IMG/VR virus record: IMGVR_UViG_3300040801_002721
Direction: 5' to 3' (one strand)
DNA length: 64,000 nt
Source of the DNA: a virus
Under the pieces are notes generated by a model. It was given only the letters and a program-made list of their open reading frames with translations, ran no database searches and was not told the origin of the DNA. Each line of letters starts with the position of its first letter. The stretch's first letter is position 1. Shown piece by piece: positions 9,012-18,733 of this stretch. The position numbers were made by a program, and so were the translations under genes.

Positions 9012-11804
9012 ATGGCTCTAGTAAGTGCAGGTGTAGAAGTTACAATCGTCGATGAGAGCTTCTTCGTACCAGCCCAGGCACCAACCGTACCGCTGATCTT
9101 CGTCGCGACAGCTGACGAAAAGACACAGCCAGATGGTGAGACCCCAGCGGCTGCTACGTATGAGCACGATGTCGTACGTACCGTAACCTCTCTCAACCAA
9201 AGTCAGGCGCTGTATGGTACACCTCGATTCCTCGAAGATTCGAGCGGCAATCAGCAGCACGGTGATGCTCGCAACGAGTATGGTCTACTCGCCCTCAACT
9301 CTTTCTTGGGTGTAGGTAACCTTGCGTACGTTGTTCGAGCTAACGTCAATCTCAACGACGATCTCGAAGACATCCGTGCGATCTGGGATCGGAAGATGGA
9401 AGAGGCAGCGATTGTCCTAGAAGCTTCAGCGACAGCTTTCATCACCGAGTACAACGAAGTGAACAACTTCGTACCATCGAACCCTAACTTCAAAATCACC
9501 TTGTCCAAAGATGAGTTCTTGTCGCTTGCTCAAGAAGCTACAGATTCTGTTTTCGAAAGTTTCTCCTTCCAGAATTCTGAAGACAACTTCTACGACGATA
9601 ACACAACTCCTGTATCTGCGACGGCCGGCCACCAAGTCATCGACATGGGTGGATCGGTAAACCAGGGTGAGCAGTTCCTTGACTTCTTGGGAACGATTAA
9701 CTCTGCTTCGCAAGTAATCAACGTCGGCGGCGCTGTTGTCGGAGCCACGGCAACGGGTCTTGATAACGATGCAACTGTCTACGATCTGCGTGTTACTGTG
9801 GATGGTACTCTGAACTCCGTCTCGATCACTGGTTCAGCAGCTCAAACGTATTCAGCGCTCATCACAGAGCTCAACGCAGGCCTGACAGGCGCAACTGCTG
9901 AACTTCTGGGTGGAAACGTTCGTATCATCTCCGATGATACGACTTCAGCGTCCTCGATCGGAATCACCGAAGGTGTGGGACCAGATCCACTTCTTGCTGC
10001 ACTAACAGACTTCATCACTGTCGAGTCCTCGACGCTGGGTGGCGCAAATCCAACGGGCCTTCCCGACACGTCGACAACGTTCTCGATGAACGTAGCCGTC
10101 AACGGTGGTGCACCACAGGCTCTTACAGTTCAAGGACAGAACGCTCAAACATTTGGTGAACTGATCGTACAGCTGAACTCACAGCTAGTTGGCGCGACTG
10201 TCACACTCTTCGAGGACGGTAACATCCTCATTGAGTCTGATCTTGTCGACGCAACGTTGTCAGCAATTGCTATCACAGACGTATCGCTCCTATCAGCATT
10301 GTCTGGCTTCAGCGCCGTTGGTGTGGCTACAAACAACATCACAAACCCAACTGGTTTGCCGAATACCGCTAGCCTGCTAACTGCATCAATCACAGTCGAT
10401 GGAATCCCATATGCACTACAGATTGCAGGTAACGCAGCACAGACGTTCGGTACACTGCTGCTAGAACTCAACACCGACCTTGGTGGTGTAGCAACGGCAG
10501 CGATTGGCGATGGCGTTACAGCCACAAACGGTTACGTTGTTCCAAACGGACAACTAGCTGTTGTCAGCGCAACAACTGGTATCGCTTCGGAAGTGTCTAT
10601 CACAGACGTTGACCTGTTCGGCAGTCTACGAGGCTTCAACAGCTTGCTGGTGCCTTCGGTCGGCCTGCCTGCTAACCTAAACCTTCAGGTATTCGGCAAC
10701 GGCTACGATCAACCGGCTACTGGCGTGTACCTTGGACTGGAAGGCATTGCTGCGGAGTGGGAGACAAACCTACTTGGATCTGCAGTGCCAGGTCAGTTCA
10801 CAGCCGAAGAGGCAGCAGCTACATTGCTAACAGCAGCCGACGATTACAAGTTTACGGTCGAGTTCCTCAACGAGACGAGCCTTGGTGCTAACGACGCTGC
10901 GCGCCGCGTTGCTGTTACGACAGCTCTACAGGCATCGATCAACAGCAACACTGAGGTGCGCTCGGAGAACTTCGAGTACAACTTGATTCTTGCTCCAGGC
11001 TACCCTGAGGTAGTTGACGAGCTGATCGCTCTGTCTGTTGACATCAACGAGGAAGCGTTCGTTATCGCGGATACACCAAACAATCTAAATCCTGATCAGG
11101 TTGTCAATTGGTCGAACACGACTGAGCGATTCCGCTCACCAGGCGTAGCTTACTACTACCCATGGGCCCTACAGTCCAACCTAGACGGCACGAACGTTGT
11201 CGGTGCTCCTTCGGGTGTCGCGCTCCGCACATACGCATTCAGCGACAACACTTCCGAGCTCTGGTTCGCTCCAGCAGGAACTCGTCGCGGTCTGATCTCT
11301 GGTGTCTCGGAACTAGGTTACGTACAAGGTACTCTGGGAACGGCAACAACGTTCACACCAGCAAACCTCAACCTGGGTCAGCGTGATAACCTTTACAAGG
11401 ATCTCACGAACCTGAACCCACTGGCGTTCTTCGTCGGCAGAGGATTTGTGGTTTGGGGTCAGAAGACGTCGTCGCCAGACATCAGCGCACGTAACCGTGT
11501 AAACGTTGAGCGCCTGCTGCGCTTCATGAAGCGTCAGCTACGCAAGAGCCTACTATCGTTCGTCTTCGAACCAAACGATACACTAACGCGCGACAACGTC
11601 AAGGCGCTGGTCGACAACTTCCTAGGTGACCTAGTAGTCCGTCGAGCACTGTTCGACTTCGCGACTGTCTGCGATGAGAGCAACAACACGCCTGATCGTA
11701 TCGACCGTAACGAACTATACGTCGACATCGCGATCAAGCCTGTGAAGGCTGCGGAATTCATCTTCGTGCCAATCCGTGTGGTAACAACGGACGCGGATAT
11801 CTAA
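9012..11804 (+). CDS. gp18: Tail sheath protein gp18 with a large internal insertion of three repeats
   Basis: LVSAGVEVTIVDES N-terminus; WFAPAGTRRG, VVWGQKT, RVNVERLLRFMK, FVFEPND, DESNNTPDRIDRNELYVDIAIKPVKAAEFI C-terminus. Confidence 0.95.
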   Translation: MALVSAGVEVTIVDESFFVPAQAPTVPLIFVATADEKTQPDGETPAAATYEHDVVRTVTSLNQSQALYGTPRFLEDSSGNQQHGDARNEYGLLALNSFLGVGNLAYVVRANVNLNDDLEDIRAIWDRKMEEAAIVLEASATAFITEYNEVNNFVPSNPNFKITLSKDEFLSLAQEATDSVFESFSFQNSEDNFYDDNTTPVSATAGHQVIDMGGSVNQGEQFLDFLGTINSASQVINVGGAVVGATATGLDNDATVYDLRVTVDGTLNSVSITGSAAQTYSALITELNAGLTGATAELLGGNVRIISDDTTSASSIGITEGVGPDPLLAALTDFITVESSTLGGANPTGLPDTSTTFSMNVAVNGGAPQALTVQGQNAQTFGELIVQLNSQLVGATVTLFEDGNILIESDLVDATLSAIAITDVSLLSALSGFSAVGVATNNITNPTGLPNTASLLTASITVDGIPYALQIAGNAAQTFGTLLLELNTDLGGVATAAIGDGVTATNGYVVPNGQLAVVSATTGIASEVSITDVDLFGSLRGFNSLLVPSVGLPANLNLQVFGNGYDQPATGVYLGLEGIAAEWETNLLGSAVPGQFTAEEAAATLLTAADDYKFTVEFLNETSLGANDAARRVAVTTALQASINSNTEVRSENFEYNLILAPGYPEVVDELIALSVDINEEAFVIADTPNNLNPDQVVNWSNTTERFRSPGVAYYYPWALQSNLDGTNVVGAPSGVALRTYAFSDNTSELWFAPAGTRRGLISGVSELGYVQGTLGTATTFTPANLNLGQRDNLYKDLTNLNPLAFFVGRGFVVWGQKTSSPDISARNRVNVERLLRFMKRQLRKSLLSFVFEPNDTLTRDNVKALVDNFLGDLVVRRALFDFATVCDESNNTPDRIDRNELYVDIAIKPVKAAEFIFVPIRVVTTDADI

Positions 11805-11813
11805 GGACACCGC

Positions 11814-11821
11814 GATAAATA
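11814..11821 (+). promoter_or_regulatory. Late promoter (GATAAATA) of the tube gene
   Basis: TAAATA core upstream of 11847. Confidence 0.75.
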
Positions 11822-11846
11822 CAGCGTAACTTAAAGGGAAAGTAAT

Positions 11847-12434
11847 ATGGCAACTATCAACGACATCGGAATTCCTGGAGTAGGTACAGGTATCCTACAG
11901 CCAAAACAGAAGAACAAGTGGCGTGTAACCTTCGCTAATTTGGGCGGTGGTGCTGACGCGCAGCCGCTTTCCCTTCAGGCTGTTACGGTAACTCGCCCTT
12001 CGATCACGTTCGATGAAGTACAGCTCGATCGTTACGTTTCGCGTGCGTTCATCGCTGGTAAGTACACGTACGAACCAATGCAGATCACATTCGAAGACGA
12101 TGTAACAGGACAGGCATCGCAGGTCCTACAGGATCAGCTACAGACGCAGCAGTTCTTGATTGGTCAGGAAGGTGCTTTCCTCGCCACATCAGGCGAAGGT
12201 TCGCTGTACAAGTTCGTCACATATCTCGACATGCTGGATGGTAACGATCAGCAAATTGAGCGTTGGACGATTGAAGGCTGCTTCATCGCAAGCATCGATT
12301 ACACAGACCTTGACTACGCAGATGCGGAGAAGGTCCTCATCAACACCACAATTCGTTACGACCACGCTCGCCAGAACCTCGGCGGCTACGACCAGGGTCA
12401 GGGCGTTGCACTTGGTGGTGCTGGTCGAGAGTAA
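11847..12434 (+). CDS. gp19: Tail tube protein gp19
   Basis: ILQPKQKNKWRVTF, AGKYTYEPMQITFEDD, ERWTIEGCFI, IRYDHA; follows the sheath gene. Confidence 0.9.
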   Translation: MATINDIGIPGVGTGILQPKQKNKWRVTFANLGGGADAQPLSLQAVTVTRPSITFDEVQLDRYVSRAFIAGKYTYEPMQITFEDDVTGQASQVLQDQLQTQQFLIGQEGAFLATSGEGSLYKFVTYLDMLDGNDQQIERWTIEGCFIASIDYTDLDYADAEKVLINTTIRYDHARQNLGGYDQGQGVALGGAGRE

Positions 12435-12501
12435 GTTTAGCGTCCATCAGAGGAAATGGAAGTCTAAGTCGAAACACAAGGAAGTTGATTTCTTGGACGC
12501 G

Positions 12502-12528
12502 AAGGGGGCCTGCAGGCCCCCTTTTTTT
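12502..12528 (+). terminator. Rho-independent terminator after gp19
   Basis: AAGGGGGCC-TGCA-GGCCCCCTT followed by a T-tract. Confidence 0.85.
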
Positions 12529-12547
12529 ATCTGCGATAAATACATTC

Positions 12548-13654
12548 ATGGCATCAGATCCGCGAAGATTCTTAACTAACCCTGTAGTCCGCAAGGTTGC
12601 TAACGCTATACCTGGCGGGAATCTTGTCGTTCAAGCGTCCGACACATTAGCAGAACTACAGGATTGTCCTCCTTCGCTGAAAGGCAACAGAGTGACAATT
12701 GGATGTCCTTCGCCATATGCTATCGATCTGATTTCTCGCGCGCCAAAGCATAAGTTCATGTTTGTGATGGAGGTGGTAGTTAGTCCTCCATTCAACGAGG
12801 TGTTCCCTCCTCAAATGCTTGAAGATTTGACGTTTGTTGTTAAGCGACATGCTCGGCCAAATGTCAATATCGACTACGAAGAAGTTAACCTCTACAACTA
12901 CCGCACCAAGGTAGCAAAGCGTATTGAGTACCAGCCAGTAACTGTTGGATTCTATGACGACATCCAATCAGGTGCTCTTGCGTTCATTCAGCGCTATCTT
13001 GAAGTTACTTCTCCGTCCACGCGCATTGGTGCCAATACAGCTTTGTACAAGTCATTCGAAGAACTAGGCATGGCATATGGCGACAATCAAGATGGCCAAG
13101 CAGGCACTACTACATCGGGTCACATTGACGGCTTCTCGATGTTTGGCGATGCTCTAGGAGAACGCGACACGTCGATCATTAGTTACATCAACCTTTACCA
13201 TGTATACAGCGGCGGCACGTTTGTTGATGTGTACACCTATGCGAAGCCTAAAATCACAGAAGTGCAGCTCGACGATCTTGACATGACACAAACTGGCGAT
13301 GGTTCTGAGATCGCGTTCACATTCATGTACGACGCACTAAACATCGAAACGAAAGTACGCGCTGCCGAACTACGTACACGACTGCAGGATCTTACAGATG
13401 CTGGCAGCGAAACTCTCAACGTTCCTCGCTCGCTCGATAACGCTCTCACAAACGGGGGTGTGTTCGGTGCAGGCAATCCTGTCGTCAACCGCGTCACTAA
13501 TGCAGCAAACACGGCAACAGAAATTCTACAGGGTGGCCCAACAAGTCTTAGTGACGTGGCAAACATCTTTGGTGGTGGTAGTGAGTCGGGTGATCAGCCC
13601 GGACCGACACCAGCTGCTGGTGAAGTTGCAAGCTCCAACGATACGATTCCGTAA
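12548..13654 (+). CDS. Tail-tube-like baseplate/tube initiator (gp48/gp54-like); start revised to ATG 12548
   Basis: KHKFMFVMEV...RPNVNIDYEEVNLYNYRTKVAKRIEYQPVTVGFYDD is tube-fold-like; GATAAATA ends 5 nt before the ATG. Confidence 0.7.
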   Translation: MASDPRRFLTNPVVRKVANAIPGGNLVVQASDTLAELQDCPPSLKGNRVTIGCPSPYAIDLISRAPKHKFMFVMEVVVSPPFNEVFPPQMLEDLTFVVKRHARPNVNIDYEEVNLYNYRTKVAKRIEYQPVTVGFYDDIQSGALAFIQRYLEVTSPSTRIGANTALYKSFEELGMAYGDNQDGQAGTTTSGHIDGFSMFGDALGERDTSIISYINLYHVYSGGTFVDVYTYAKPKITEVQLDDLDMTQTGDGSEIAFTFMYDALNIETKVRAAELRTRLQDLTDAGSETLNVPRSLDNALTNGGVFGAGNPVVNRVTNAANTATEILQGGPTSLSDVANIFGGGSESGDQPGPTPAAGEVASSNDTIP

Positions 13655-13668
13655 GCGTAAATAGCCAC

Positions 13669-14103
13669 ATGGCTGGCTCATACAAACAAGGTGTATACAC
13701 ACCTCGCAACCCCGACAAATACGTAGGCGATCCTACCAAGATCGTTTTTCGCAGTTCGTGGGAGTTGTCAATGAACCAGTTTCTCGACAACAACCCTAAC
13801 ATCCTTAGATGGGGGTCTGAAGAGATCGCTATTCCATACGTCAAGCCTACCACAGGTCGAGTGCACAAGTACTACCCTGATTACTGGATCGAATTCAGAG
13901 ATCAAGAAGGAAACATCAAGCAGGAGATCATCGAAGTCAAACCGGATAGTCAAGTCAACGTCAGCAAAAAGAAGCGATTGACGGAATACGACAAGCTGAC
14001 GTACGTCATCAATCTCGCCAAATGGCAAGCCGCCACGGACTTCTGTAACAAGCACGGTATCAAGTTCCGAATTTTGACAGAGAACCAGATGTTTCGGAAG
14101 TGA
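13669..14103 (+). CDS. gp4: Head completion protein gp4 (TnsA-like nuclease fold)
   Basis: YTPRNPDKYVGDPTKIVFRSSWE, WGSEEIAIPY, HKYYPDYWI, IIEVKP, INLAKWQAA. Confidence 0.9.
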   Translation: MAGSYKQGVYTPRNPDKYVGDPTKIVFRSSWELSMNQFLDNNPNILRWGSEEIAIPYVKPTTGRVHKYYPDYWIEFRDQEGNIKQEIIEVKPDSQVNVSKKKRLTEYDKLTYVINLAKWQAATDFCNKHGIKFRILTENQMFRK

Positions 14104-14115
14104 TAAATACCAGCT

Positions 14116-14589
14116 ATGAGCAGCAAAAAAGAAATCGAAGTTCCAACAGAACACCCAATGGAAGATGTCTTTGGTATTGAGAAGGGCACAACGATGGTTC
14201 CCAAAACTGTCGTCAAGGGCGACTTGAAGCCACATGAAACTTACGACGATAAAGATAATGAAATCGACAGGCAGTTTCAGGAAGTATACGATCTGGCGTT
14301 GGGTGCGTTTGATGAGCAGCAAGAAGCTGCCGAAGTAATCGATCCAAAATTCAAAGCTCGGACAGCGGAAGTCGCTGCGCAGTTTCTAACCACGGCGCTA
14401 AATGCAGCTCAATCCAAGATGCAGCTTAAGCAACAGCGCGAGAAGCTTGAGATTTCTAAAGGACGTTTAGCGGGCGGAGTTGTAAATAATGGGAACATGA
14501 TCATTACTGATCGTAATTCCCTTCTCAAGTTGATGGAAGAGGATGACGACTTCGATGAAGCCATCGACGGAGACTACGAAGAGACATGA
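14116..14589 (+). CDS. gp16: Terminase small subunit gp16 (putative)
   Basis: Helical acidic protein (RTAEVAAQFL...NNGNMIITDRNSLLKL) located upstream of the large terminase. Confidence 0.7.
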   Translation: MSSKKEIEVPTEHPMEDVFGIEKGTTMVPKTVVKGDLKPHETYDDKDNEIDRQFQEVYDLALGAFDEQQEAAEVIDPKFKARTAEVAAQFLTTALNAAQSKMQLKQQREKLEISKGRLAGGVVNNGNMIITDRNSLLKLMEEDDDFDEAIDGDYEET

Positions 14590-16079
14590 GCCTGCTCCAC
14601 CAAATTCACATTCTAGCAGAAGCTACAAAGATCAACGTAGAAGAGCTGCTAAAGGTTAACTCAACAACCGGCGAAGAGCGTATCAATATCCTCCTTAAGC
14701 GTATCCAAGGAGGTGAGCCTATTGAGTTGATGAACGATAGCGAAATTGTTGTGGATCAAACGAAGTCGAGAGAGTTCATTAACGTACTGAAATCGGGCAA
14801 CCGTAGCAAGATTCGTGAGTTCATTAAGCAGGGAAACAAGTATCCCAAGATCATCTTTGACAAGCAGGGTAATAGTTATCCGATCACTGCTCTCAAGAAG
14901 GCTGATTATTTCGGTGGCGGCGCTGCCGCTCGCGTGTCTGCTAAGTCTACCGCCGAGCAAGAAGCTACTCAAGCAATGGTAGTTGCGCTCGCAGCCAAAC
15001 TGGGACGTGACCTCAAGGTTGACGATTTGACGATAGAAAACCTCACCAAAGCAAAATCAGGATATGCAATTGACGTTTCTCCAGATGTTGCCGTGCAGTT
15101 TATTTCCGATCGGAAACCAAGCGGCTGGGCCCCGAGCCTCATCAACACAGCAAACAAGCTACGTGGGATGATCGATCTCAAGGGCAAGGTAGCACATCGT
15201 GGATCTAAGTGGGTGAAATCACTTGAAGCAAAGTTCACGGAACTCAACAAGACGCCCGAAGGTAAGGTGTTCGCAGGCAAAGATAAGTGGAATCCTGCGG
15301 ATATTTGGATCGTGACACCAGGCGTAGAGGTGCCTTCTAAGATCAACGACCTTGTTGAACTGAACGCGTGGCTACAGAAGATGTTTGAAGAGGGTAAGGT
15401 CTACGGCATCTCACTGAAGAAAACACCAAAGAACACTAGGGTCAAAACCTACAACAACAAGAAAGATCTCGATGAGCTGCTCACCGTTACCATCAAGGAT
15501 ATTCTTGTTAGCAAAACCAACAAACTTTTCAGCGCTGCAAGCAGCTTCATCATATTCGAGCACTACGAAAGTGTTCGGTCTCTCTTCCTCGAGGATAATA
15601 CAGTTGAAGTTCGTTCGTTCAAAGCAGGAACAGACGTGAACGCCGAACTGAAAGGAAAGTACGCTGCAGGTGGTAAGATTGGCTTTGGTCCGATGAACTC
15701 TCTTCTCCGTCGTATGGGGATTCCTCAACTCACACACCGCAACGACATTGGCAAGCTGCTTAACGTTAAGGTAAAGGAACAAGCCCGCAAGGCAGGAAAG
15801 GATTACGACAGAGTTGAATACTACAAAGACGTGATCAACAAAATCATTGACATGGCGGCACACGTCGACGAGGACATTGCGCAAAAGGCGAGAGGAAATC
15901 TAGAAGAGGTTGCGAAGACATTAAAGTTCCCACAACTAGCAGCCAAATACCAAGCGGTAGAACTTCTAATGAACCTCAAGAAGGCACCAGAGAGCAAGCA
16001 ACGCGACTTCGTGCAGCGGATGATCCAGTACGCATCTTCACAGGATGAACTATCTTCGGTGTTTACGAAGGTCTGGTAA
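14586..16079 (+). CDS. Basic hypothetical protein with a possible PD-(D/E)xK-like nuclease core
   Basis: DKWNPADIWIV...KVYGISLKK motif spacing; N-terminal ILAE-A resembles a head-protease site. Confidence 0.45.
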   Translation: MSLLHQIHILAEATKINVEELLKVNSTTGEERINILLKRIQGGEPIELMNDSEIVVDQTKSREFINVLKSGNRSKIREFIKQGNKYPKIIFDKQGNSYPITALKKADYFGGGAAARVSAKSTAEQEATQAMVVALAAKLGRDLKVDDLTIENLTKAKSGYAIDVSPDVAVQFISDRKPSGWAPSLINTANKLRGMIDLKGKVAHRGSKWVKSLEAKFTELNKTPEGKVFAGKDKWNPADIWIVTPGVEVPSKINDLVELNAWLQKMFEEGKVYGISLKKTPKNTRVKTYNNKKDLDELLTVTIKDILVSKTNKLFSAASSFIIFEHYESVRSLFLEDNTVEVRSFKAGTDVNAELKGKYAAGGKIGFGPMNSLLRRMGIPQLTHRNDIGKLLNVKVKEQARKAGKDYDRVEYYKDVINKIIDMAAHVDEDIAQKARGNLEEVAKTLKFPQLAAKYQAVELLMNLKKAPESKQRDFVQRMIQYASSQDELSSVFTKVW

Positions 16080-16090
16080 CACCATAAAAG

Positions 16091-16111
16091 TACCCCCTTA
16101 AATAGGGGGTA
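16091..16111 (+). promoter_or_regulatory. Late promoter inside a hairpin at the terminase start
   Basis: TACCCCCT-TAAAT-AGGGGGTA stem; TAAATA at 16099-16104; last paired base is the A of ATG 16111. Confidence 0.7.
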
Positions 16112-18663
16112 TGTCAAGAGCGTTCAAAGATCCACAGATCAAGCGAGCAGGTACCGAAACAGAGTACACTGTTCAGCAGATCCGTGAGCTGAAGAAATGT
16201 AAGGCCGATCCAGTTTACTTCATCAGAAAGTACTGTCGCATTCAGCACCCAGTTCGCGGCGCCATTGCCTTTGAGCTGTATGACTATCAGGTTGAAATGA
16301 TTGAGAACTTCTTCAATCATACGAACAATATCGTTCTCTCGGCTCGTCAGACAGGGAAAGCCGTTCGCATCGATACGCGTATCCCAACGCCAGATGGTTG
16401 GACAACAATGGGAGAGGTTGAAGTTGGCGATCAAGTAATTGGCGCAGACGGTAATCCAACAACTGTTTCGTGGACGTCTGATGTCCACACACCGGAAGTG
16501 TGCTATAGGGTACATTTCTCGACTGGCGAGACCATTGACGCGTGTGCTGACCATCAATGGGAAGTTGAGTGGAAACACAAACGAGGCCCCCAAGTTGTAA
16601 CAACCCAACAAATGGTCGATGCGGGTGTTACAATCGGTAACAAAAACGAAAGCAGATTCAAAATCAGAGTTGCAGATGCTATCGAACTTCCAGAAAAGGA
16701 GCTACCAATTGATCCTTATACGCTTGGTGTGTGGCTTGGTGATGGTCATTCAGCACAAGGTAGACTGACCCTACACGAGAGCGATTGTTCAATTCTCGAA
16801 TGGTTGCCATATAACACAAAACAACGCACATATAAATATCAGCCTGGTATCTCAACGATAACCGTGTATGGGCTAGAAAAGCAGCTTCGTGAACTTGGTG
16901 TTCAAAACAACAAGCACATTCCCGTTTCGTATCTACGATCATCACGCGAACAACGGTTTGCTCTTTTGCAAGGGCTAATGGATACAGACGGCACGGTAGA
17001 CGGTATGGGTCGAGGGCAGTGCGACATCACGCTGTCCAACAAAACACTTGCTAATGATGTGTTCCATCTAGTATCGAGTTTGGGCATCAAGGCTACATTC
17101 CGCGAGCGGGTCGTGGGCGGCTTTGCGCGGTACGAAATCAAGTTCTCCGTGTATCGTGATGAATGCCCAGTATTTCGGCTTGAGCGAAAGTTGAACAAAA
17201 TGAAGCAGTCGCCCGACCCTCCGCGACAATTCAGCACCAAAAAGCGCTCCATTCAAAGGATTGAACGCATCGACAGTGTTCCGATGAAGTGTATTGGGGT
17301 GGACAACGCTGATAAGCTATTTCTATTGGGCGATAGTTGCATCCCTACGCACAACAGTACTGTTTCCTCCATGTACCTCCTGTGGTTCGCAATGTTCCAC
17401 TTCGACAAGACGGTTCTGATTGCATCGAACAAGAACAAGGGTGCAATGGAGATGATCGAGCGTATTCAATACGCATACAAGAATCTTCCGCATTGGTTGA
17501 AGCCGGGCGTTACCGACGATGGGTGGAACAAGCACGCTCTGAAGTTTGATAACGACAGCTCAATTGAATCCGAAGCGACATCTGAGAACTCTGGTCGTGG
17601 TCAGTCTATCTCGCTTCTATACCTCGACGAGTTTGCGTTCGTACCTCCTGCAATCGCAGAAGAGTTCTGGGCATCTATCGCACCTACGCTGTCTACAGGT
17701 GGTGACTGTATCATCTCCTCTACACCAAACGGCGACACGAACACGTTTGCTGAACTGTGGCGCGGTGCACAGGTTGAGGCGAACGACTTCATTGCATCAG
17801 AGGTGAGATGGGATCAACCACCAGGCCGCGATGAGCACTTCAAGGAGATGATGATCGCGAAGATAGGTGAGCGCAAGTGGCTACAGGAATACGAATGTGA
17901 GTTCCTCTCGTCTGACGCCCTTCTCATTGACTCAATGGTTCTCGCAAACCTCACGCCAATCGTCAGAAAGAACAAGCCAGAATTTGAGATCAATGATGTG
18001 AAGTTCTGGAAGCGACCACAATCGGGCGTTCAGTATCTTGTTGGTGTTGACCCAGCAACAGGTACAGGCGAAGACTTCACTGTCATCACGGTGTGGGAGT
18101 TCCCGTCAATGGAACAGGTGGCGATGTTTAGATCAAACACAATGTCGTCGGCTACCGTGTATCCAGTTCTCAAAAACTTGTTGAAGTTCCTCGAGCGAAC
18201 GGGCTCAACCGTCTACTTCTCAATCGAGAACAACGGTGTTGGTGAAGGTCTTATCGCTCTGTACGAAGCAGACGAAACGCCACCAATGGCCTCGGAGATG
18301 ATCTCTGAACCAGGCAAGAACCGGCAGGGTGTTACGACGACAGGTAAGTCTAAGATGCGCGCCTGTCTGAACCTGAAGGAGCTTGTCGAGAAGCGCAAGA
18401 TGACCATCAGGAGCGAGCTGTTGCTCAAAGAGATGAAAGAGTTCACACGCCGAGCTGCTGGATACGCGGCACGTCGTGGGAGCACCGATGACATTATATC
18501 GTCCGTCCTAATCGTCCTTCGTATCCTCGAGGAGATCGCATCGTTCGAACAGGAAGCATTTGATAAGATCCGCGCCACAGATGATTACACGTGGTCCGAA
18601 TCTGACGTAGTCCGCTATAATGAGGACGATCCTGACGATGGGCCTATGCCGCTGATCTTCTAG
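16111..18663 (+). CDS. gp17: Terminase large subunit gp17, intein-containing
   Basis: KCKADPVYFIRKY, SARQTGK/S Walker A, RGQSISLLYLDEFAFV Walker B, QEYECEF, YLVGVDPATG, DDIISS. Confidence 0.97.
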   Translation: MSRAFKDPQIKRAGTETEYTVQQIRELKKCKADPVYFIRKYCRIQHPVRGAIAFELYDYQVEMIENFFNHTNNIVLSARQTGKAVRIDTRIPTPDGWTTMGEVEVGDQVIGADGNPTTVSWTSDVHTPEVCYRVHFSTGETIDACADHQWEVEWKHKRGPQVVTTQQMVDAGVTIGNKNESRFKIRVADAIELPEKELPIDPYTLGVWLGDGHSAQGRLTLHESDCSILEWLPYNTKQRTYKYQPGISTITVYGLEKQLRELGVQNNKHIPVSYLRSSREQRFALLQGLMDTDGTVDGMGRGQCDITLSNKTLANDVFHLVSSLGIKATFRERVVGGFARYEIKFSVYRDECPVFRLERKLNKMKQSPDPPRQFSTKKRSIQRIERIDSVPMKCIGVDNADKLFLLGDSCIPTHNSTVSSMYLLWFAMFHFDKTVLIASNKNKGAMEMIERIQYAYKNLPHWLKPGVTDDGWNKHALKFDNDSSIESEATSENSGRGQSISLLYLDEFAFVPPAIAEEFWASIAPTLSTGGDCIISSTPNGDTNTFAELWRGAQVEANDFIASEVRWDQPPGRDEHFKEMMIAKIGERKWLQEYECEFLSSDALLIDSMVLANLTPIVRKNKPEFEINDVKFWKRPQSGVQYLVGVDPATGTGEDFTVITVWEFPSMEQVAMFRSNTMSSATVYPVLKNLLKFLERTGSTVYFSIENNGVGEGLIALYEADETPPMASEMISEPGKNRQGVTTTGKSKMRACLNLKELVEKRKMTIRSELLLKEMKEFTRRAAGYAARRGSTDDIISSVLIVLRILEEIASFEQEAFDKIRATDDYTWSESDVVRYNEDDPDDGPMPLIF
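16360..17355 (+). mobile_element. Class 3 intein (332 aa) with LAGLIDADG homing endonuclease in terminase
   Basis: Starts Ala (AVRIDTRIPTPDGWTTMG); block B ACADHQW; PYTLGVWLGDG and LLQGLMDTDG; block F MKCIGV; ends PTHN before Ser+1. Confidence 0.93.
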
Positions 18664-18665
18664 CG

Positions 18666-18694
18666 TTGACGTCGAGACCATTCTGTAGTATAAA
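18666..18694 (+). promoter_or_regulatory. Sigma70-like early promoter
   Basis: TTGACG-N17-TATAAA. Confidence 0.8.
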
Positions 18695-18733
18695 GAGGGT
18701 GTAGGCATTGGTGCCTCGTGGAGGAACGCAGAA

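Noticed and set aside
12485-12547. ORF-track starts upstream of the likely true starts (12485, 37499-38326, 39165, 41021, 45020, 46428, 49216, 50368)
   Set aside because: These extensions run through terminators or neighbouring genes; downstream starts with an SD or late-promoter geometry were preferred
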